Assembly (NCBI GenBank): GCA_051530055.1
Contig: JBMGUZ010000064.1
Span: forward strand, 1 to 15,717
Direction: 5' to 3'
DNA from: Neoechinorhynchus agilis
Taxonomy: Eukaryota; Animalia; Acanthocephala
Length of the DNA: 15,717 nucleotides
The number at the start of each line of letters is the position of its first letter. The first letter of the stretch is position 1. The notes beneath the pieces are model-generated. The model did not search any database. It was not told where the DNA came from and saw only the letters and a program-made list of their open reading frames with translations. A program made the translations under genes and the position numbers. Shown here in pieces: positions 10,945-15,717 of this stretch.

Positions 10945-12695
10945 GATTTTGTTAATTTAAAGAGGAGGTACAAACAGAAGGAAAATGTCAGACAATTCTT
11001 TGCACCTTCTCCTCCGCCATTGTATATATATGTGAGCATCGTCAGTTTGCATTGCTGACAGTTCACCTCATTTTCCAACACAATGAAGACTGAAGATGCT
11101 CACACATTCTGAGAAACCCAACCTAGTGGAATCTGTCGCTCGTCGTCAACTATGCATTTCTGGCATACCTTTCTTTTTTATTAGCTCAAGCCACTCGAAA
11201 TTTCATTCTTTACTCACATCTCGATCGACACTCATTTCGTGTGGTTCTAAAAGTGTTATTGATCGACCGTCGCCATACATGATAGGCAAATTTGAGCTTC
11301 CTGGCTGTCAGTGAGTACATGGCGTCATTCAACAACGTCTTTGTTGAGACGAAAAACCCACAAAATCAATAAAAGAAAGTTTGCTCGTGGATAAGAGAAC
11401 CCTGAAATTATACCAGGTCTATGGACTATTAAAGATAAAAAGCACTGTAACAGTGGACATCAAATATATCTTTAAAGTTGACTTTATAAGTTGGGCAAAA
11501 CGTTTCTAGTGAGATTGATGCTTTAAAGCGAACTCGGACAACTTTTTCAAAACAAATTCTTTATCAAAGGGCATTCACGGATCTCAGGCGAAGAATTACA
11601 AGTTGTTTTCCCCAAAATGGTACATTACATATCAAAGACATAATCTTGCTGTGCCATAAGACGTGCCAAATAATTCTCGTGTATTCATTCTGTGATAAAT
11701 AGGAAATGATAAGTGCTACTGCAAAGGAAATTAGAATGAGTTGACTTCTTTTTAGTGGTTCATTACGCAAAAATATCTTAATTATAAACTTCTTTTGACT
11801 AATTTTCCTAGAGTCGACGGACCAATGCATTTCGTTTACACTTTTTGATTTTAATAACTAATATTCTGCCCAATTTTTTAGTCAAATCGTCTCAATAGAA
11901 ACCTTCTGAATTGTGGTAAAGTGACAAAATGTGTTTTTGTTTGGTTGCAATGATATCTCTAGACACCATAGAGATTTGCAATTTCGACTGCGATTTTGTT
12001 TAGTACCTTTTGTATATAAGAAGATCCACTCTGTTATAATGTGAGAAACCTGACTACTACCGAGAGTATCGTTTATGCAGAATCACAGCGGGGTAACCGT
12101 TTTTTCATGCTAATTTGTGTTCGAATTAGATTCGAAACTAACGTTCACTCAGACATTAAATTCATAGACTCTTAAATTTGTTTAATTTTTCTTAAATCGA
12201 CAACGACCGGTAAACACTCATTTCTCCAATGAACGGCGATTTTGAATTTCAGTCCGTAAATTGGGATCCTCATTTAAAAACCTAAGAAAGACGATGTTCA
12301 ATTTGGTACGCTGAGTTCAATTTCAGGCACAAATTAACGATTTAAAATTATTAAGCATATTTTAACGACTATTTCTTGAAACAACAATAATGAAATATTT
12401 CTCAATGTTCCTCTTCGTCTCATAATTTCGAACTTCGATCCCGTGACCCGCGTAGCTTGTAAGCACGTAAAAAAAGAGATCTGTTCACCTTATCAAAATG
12501 GCAGAAAAGACAACCACCGTTGTTCCATATCTCACACTTCAATGCGTCTTGCGTGTGCTATCAACGTTGCATCTCGGTCTTTTATACGTTCTTAGCAATA
12601 AAGAACACATCGCCAAAAAAATCGATTGAACAAAGTTGCGCATTAATGTCATGGAATAAAAATAAATACGATTTATGAACAAAAAAATTGGAGCG

Positions 12696-12700
12696 AAAAA
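12696..12700 (-). terminator. Pol III terminator (T5) downstream of tRNA-Arg
   Basis: TTTTT on the minus strand 9 nt after the tRNA discriminator base. Confidence 0.75.
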
Positions 12701-12709
12701 GAAGTGCCG

Positions 12710-12782
12710 CGTCCATGGCAGGACTTGAACCTGCAATCTCCGGCTCCGGAGGCCGGCGCCTTAACCATTAGGCCACATGGAC
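12710..12782 (-). tRNA. tRNA-Arg(CCG): tRNA-Arg, anticodon CCG, intronless, CCA not encoded
   Basis: Minus strand folds as a full cloverleaf: acceptor GTCCATG/CATGGAC, D-stem GCCT/AGGC, anticodon stem CCGGC/GCCGG with loop CTCCGGA, T-stem GCAGG/CCTGC with loop TTCAAGT. 73 nt. Confidence 0.96.
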
Positions 12783-12880
12783 CCATGCAACGACAATTTC
12801 TATAATTTCTAAATATATATTTACGATTTAAAAATGAGAACTCGCTTTCTTATTGTGTTCAATCAGTTCATCATGTCCCA

Positions 12881-12996
12881 GAATTTTTTTTGAAAACTGG
12901 CCAGCCAGTAACTTTTATTAAGTATCAATGTGTGGCCTTTTATCACACGGCTGATAATTTTCCTTTTGGTACACAGCCCACCGATCTGGTTTAGGG
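12881..12996. mobile_element. Single-arm (truncated) copy of the MITE-like family at 13264-13443
   Basis: GAAAACTGGCCAGCC...TTTTATTAAGTATCAATGTGTGGCCTTTTATCACAC.GCTGATAATTTT matches 13264-13356 directly. CACAGCCCACCGATCTGGTT matches the reverse complement of 13366-13385. Confidence 0.75.
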
Positions 12997-13023
12997 AAGC
13001 GCATAAAATCACTCAATACCCTG

Positions 13024-13028
13024 AAAAA
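13024..13028 (-). terminator. Putative Pol III terminator (T5) of the tRNA-like unit
   Basis: First run of >=4 T on the minus strand downstream of position 13214. Confidence 0.45.
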
Positions 13029-13152
13029 TACGGTTATGAGTTTGTACATCTTCGTCCGGATCATCGATACCTCTCGATGAGGCTGGACTCATCAGTGAGT
13101 TTCCTCCCTTCAACGAGGTATTTCGTCCCCATTGTTCGTCATTGGTGGCAAC

Positions 13153-13163
13153 GGATTCGAACC
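13153..13163 (-). promoter_or_regulatory. Pol III type-2 B-box
   Basis: GGTTCGAATCC, a perfect consensus, falling at linear positions 52-62 when 13214 is taken as position 1. Confidence 0.7.
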
Positions 13164-13196
13164 AGTTGAACATTAACTGGGATCAAGGGCATTAGT

Positions 13197-13207
13197 CCAC
13201 TTGACCA
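13197..13207 (-). promoter_or_regulatory. Pol III type-2 A-box
   Basis: TGGTCAAGTGG (10/11 match to TGGCNNAGTGG) at positions 8-18, 33 nt upstream of the B-box, which is tRNA spacing. Confidence 0.6.
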
Positions 13208-13290
13208 CCTCGACACAACTGCAGAATGTCAAATTCTGCGAGTTTTTTTAATTTCAGGCCATTGAATTTTTGAAGACTGGCCAGCCGATA

Positions 13291-13443
13291 AATTTTATTA
13301 AGTATCAATGTGTGGCCTTTTATCACATGACTGATAATTTTTCCTTGGGCACACAGATTTCTCTGAACCAAATCGGTGGGCTGTGTGCCCGAAAAATTAT
13401 CAGCTGTGTGATAAAAGGCCACACATTCATACTTAATAAAATT
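13291..13443. mobile_element. Foldback / MITE-like element, ~65-bp arms
   Basis: 13291-13356 vs 13381-13443 are inverted (4 mismatches plus a 3-nt indel) around a 24-nt spacer. A second partial copy lies at 12881-12996. Confidence 0.8.
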
Positions 13444-13793
13444 AAAATATTCTTTAATTTAATGCTCAAACTGTGCTATTAATAATTATAAAAATTATCG
13501 CGAAATTCACTTTCCGTAATTGAACTTTTTTTTAAAATGCGTTAAGGTAGAAAATTCGAACTCCGCAGTCTTAAAAGTAACTCAAATTGAAAACTATATA
13601 ACGGTAAAACTGAATAATTTACGAAATGTTTAATCTACGTTGCGATAAGATATTCCTAAAACGAAAATTTCAAATCTTTAGAGATTTATCTTAAAAGTTT
13701 GCGCTTGGTGCGTCCATAAAAGTAATTCATTTCACCTCGTGCTTTAAACATTACAATCGAAATCAACAATATCGAGGACATCAGATAAGCTTT

Positions 13794-14002
13794 CATTGTC
13801 AAATTGATATTTGGCACAACTAAAGATTTATAGATTAATTTAATTTTCGGTCTGAGCGTGGGCCTTCTTCAGATATTGCTTGTACGTTTTTAAATATGTG
13901 AAAAACTTACAAGCAATATCTGAAGAAGGCCCACGTCCAGGCCGAAAATTAATTAAATTAATCTATAATTCTTTAGTTGCGTCAAATATCAATTTAACAA
14001 TG
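13794..14002. mobile_element. Foldback / MITE-like element, ~91/95-bp arms
   Basis: 13794-13884 vs 13908-14002 are inverted, with a few substitutions and one 4-nt indel. The inner 26 bp (CGTGGGCCTTCTTCAGATATTGCTTGTA region) pair perfectly. GTTTTT/AAAAAC extend the stem around a 9-nt loop. Confidence 0.8.
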
Positions 14003-14610
14003 TCAAATATGTATTCAAAGCTTTCATTGTTGTAGGCTTTATGAAAATTCAGTCTAATCAAAATTGGCCACATAAAAAGTAATTGATTCACGATCGCCAA
14101 ATTACAATAAGGCTAAAATAAAAACAGCTTTCTCTTGCTGATATCCAGTTTATCCGATTGATGCCACTTTGTCTGTTGAATTAAAAAATGGATAGAGATT
14201 TAAAAATAGGAAAGTAAACGGCATGATCATTTTGCATTGAAATCTACGCAGCTGAATAACACAAACCAATCGATGGATTAATGATTATTTTGTCTTATTC
14301 TAGGTGCATTGAATTTCTTTTTTCGTAAAAGATTATATTCTGGGTGTAATGATTTTCCAGAATATTTCGACAGAGGTTGTGGTTATGTAAATTATTAGTT
14401 TTATTTGTGATTGGTGACCATTCTTCGTTCGAATTAAATAAAAAAATTATATCGTTCAACTAAAACTCATTTCAAAACTAGAAGACAGCCTTGGAATTTC
14501 CACGAGATGTTTGCTCGTCAGCCCCAACACACAACCGAACAAAAAACATTAAATATCAGTACATATATTTGGCAAATATTAGGCATTTTTTAAACAAATA
14601 ATTGCGCAGT

Positions 14611-15054
14611 CTAAGCCGGTGTACCCGTGGTTGCTGCAGCTGCAGCAAGTGCAGCTCCAATGCCTGATCCGTCGGTAGCCAATGAAATCCTATACTGTAT
14701 GTTCTTCTCCAAAAGCAAGTTACAATAATACTCAACATGATGTTTGAACTTGGGATGGTATCGATACAGACTCCCATCGATTCCAATAGTCGGTGACCTT
14801 CTCGCCATTTTGAACAATACTGCCGACAACGCACCGGCCAATAGTTTTGCCGCTCGCTGAGTCACTAAACGGCATACATAATGAACAATGGCACAATCGT
14901 CCACAGTAGCGTTTGCATAACCAATTCGATTCAGAATATTTCTTGTCTTTTTAAACGTCAATCCCCTATCGGTCTCAATATCGGACACATATTGGGTGTA
15001 AAATGCGTCTCTATTGTAAAGCAACGATTGTCCCGAGGAGTATTCTGTGATGGT
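14611..15054 (-). CDS. HK: Hexokinase, C-terminal segment
   Basis: Minus-strand translation gives ...LLYNRDAFYTQYVSDIETD...CRLVTQRAAKL...TIGIDGSLYRYHPKF...ATDGSGIGAALAAA..., the hexokinase C-terminal DGSLY and DGSG motifs, ending at TAG 14613-14611. The 5' boundary is uncertain (15054 or 15042). The ORF track labels this '+', but it is minus. Confidence 0.93.
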   Translation of the reverse strand, partial: TITEYSSGQSLLYNRDAFYTQYVSDIETDRGLTFKKTRNILNRIGYANATVDDCAIVHYVCRLVTQRAAKLLAGALSAVLFKMARRSPTIGIDGSLYRYHPKFKHHVEYYCNLLLEKNIQYRISLATDGSGIGAALAAAAATTGTPA

Positions 15055-15093
15055 CTACAAAAGCACAGAACCCATTGAGACCATCACAAATTA
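15043..15093 (-). other. 51-nt interruption of hexokinase CDS: TA-flanked inverted repeat containing two in-frame stops (non-canonical intron or micro-transposon insertion)
   Basis: Plus strand reads TA|TTCTGTGATGGTCT-21 nt-AGACCATCACAAAT|TA. The arms match 12/14 (11 contiguous). In-frame TAA at 15093-15091 and TAG at 15057-15055. Confidence 0.65.
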
Positions 15094-15717
15094 AGGCCGA
15101 TTTTCAAGTCCATTTTTCGGAAACAATAGATTATTCTCGACTAAATCGACTAGAATAATTCGGACGATTTCACCCAAGTACATGCCGGAAATCATCTTCT
15201 CGAATTTTTGAAATCCCGGATTGATAGATGCCTCGTCTACTTCACGATCGTAAACCGTAGTAAATCTTTCAAGATTGTAGTTCTTGTCTGAGTCTCCGTA
15301 AGCTCCCCATTCACAGTTAATGATCATATACTTGTCTGGAGGACCGATCGTAGATTCTACTTTCTTTATATTGACAATCTTTTCCAAATAGCACGCATTT
15401 GTACCAGTTCCAACGATCATCCCCATGGCACAGTCCGGGTACATGTACGAAGTGGCTATCAATGTACCGACAGTATCGTTCACTAATGCAATCACCTCTA
15501 AATTGATTTCTCGTTCATCGATAGAATTTTGAAGGAATTCAACCACGTCTTCACCTACGACGTCCGGACAGTCGAATCCTTTCGTCCAACCTATCAAATA
15601 ACCTTGTTGTAAAGACTCTTGTTGGCATGGAAAAGAAAATGTGAATCCAATCTGCATGCGAACACTGTTGTCCAAATCGTGCTCCTCGTGAAAAGACTTA
15701 ATCTTGTCAGCAATAAA
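15094..15717 (-). CDS. HK: Hexokinase, middle segment (5' end lies beyond the window)
   Basis: The frame is open to the window edge (FIADKIKSFHEEHDLDNSVRMQ...). Motifs GFTFSFP, WTKGF, VNDTVGT, GTGTNACY, NCEWGAYG and FEKMISGMYLGEIVR are diagnostic of the eukaryotic hexokinase family. It is in the same frame as the C-terminal segment. Confidence 0.96.

Larger units (their letters stand above)
13024..13214 (-). ncRNA. Candidate Pol III transcript / tRNA-derived SINE with hammerhead-like core motifs
   Basis: A-box, B-box and T5 terminator occur in the correct order and spacing. The body is ~48% GC by hand count, has no internal T4 run, and contains several hairpins. Transcription is inferred, not shown. 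Confidence 0.55.

Noticed and set aside
8394-10955. Repeated ORFs KTFKVVFQTTFINEMTMLERLKVYELG... (8394, 9578, 10746)
   Set aside because: They are translations of the satellite core. Starts and ends vary, one unit has a 1-nt frameshift (~9960), and I recognise no domain.
1124-11090. Shared 9-10-mers (CCTTCTCCTC, AATGAAGAC, GAGGAGGTAC) between 1.1-1.6 kb and 10.95-11.1 kb
   Set aside because: The matches are short and not in consistent order, so they cannot be separated from chance without a formal alignment.
11429-11475. Nested small hairpin TTAAAGATA...CACTGT-A-ACAGTG...TATCTTTAA
   Set aside because: Short, AT-rich arms with asymmetric spacers; plausible by chance.
13142-13214. Second functional tRNA
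   Set aside because: The acceptor stem (GTCGAGG vs GCCACCA) does not pair and the anticodon and T stems are broken. It is kept only as a tRNA-derived head.
12539-13482. ORFs at 12539, 12930, 13192 and 13270
   Set aside because: They overlap the tRNA, the Pol III unit and MITE arms. Their mutual peptide similarity (AFYH..DNF) merely reflects the inverted repeat.
13715-14091. Loose direct repeat CATAAAAGTAATT(C/G)AT(T)TCAC at 13715 and 14071
   Set aside because: About 20 nt, AT-rich and imperfect, and not collinear with the other flanking repeat. Too weak to interpret.
14400-14405. AATAAA poly(A) signal ~205 nt downstream of the hexokinase stop
   Set aside because: Plausible, but the hexamer is common in AT-rich DNA. 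It needs 3'-end transcript data.
14611-15078. ORF-track strand labels: 14611..15024 given as '+' and 14881..15078 given as '-'
   Set aside because: Direct translation shows the reverse. MLYNRDAF... reads on the minus strand (hexokinase), and MNNGTIVH... reads on the plus strand from 14881 (an antisense shadow ORF with no support).
15055-15093. Stop-codon reassignment (TAA/TAG = Gln) as the explanation for the in-frame stops
   Set aside because: No other TAR codon appears in ~340 flanking codons, the gene ends on TAG right after the conserved C-terminal motif, and the two stops coincide with a hairpin insert.

Overview
AT-rich eukaryotic (probably animal) genomic DNA dominated by repeats. It holds three unrelated tandem satellite arrays (184-bp unit at 1-931; ~312-bp unit at ~3.5-7.8 kb; 296/368-bp units at 8.5-10.9 kb) and four unrelated foldback/MITE-like inverted repeats. 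There is one intact tRNA-Arg(CCG) on the minus strand. The 3' part of a hexokinase gene, also on the minus strand, runs off the right edge. Two things stand out. (1) A ~190-nt minus-strand candidate Pol III unit (13214->13024) has a degenerate tRNA-like head with A/B boxes at tRNA spacing, a body containing hammerhead-ribozyme core motifs (CUGAUGA-GUCC, GGAC-GAAA) that I could not assemble into a canonical fold, and a T5 terminator. (2) The hexokinase reading frame is interrupted by two in-frame stops inside a 49-nt inverted-repeat element flanked by TA. Precise removal of the element plus one TA (51 nt) restores the frame, and no plausible GT-AG intron does. All alignments and counts were done by eye. 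Two entries of the supplied ORF track (14611..15024 and 14881..15078) have their strand labels swapped.
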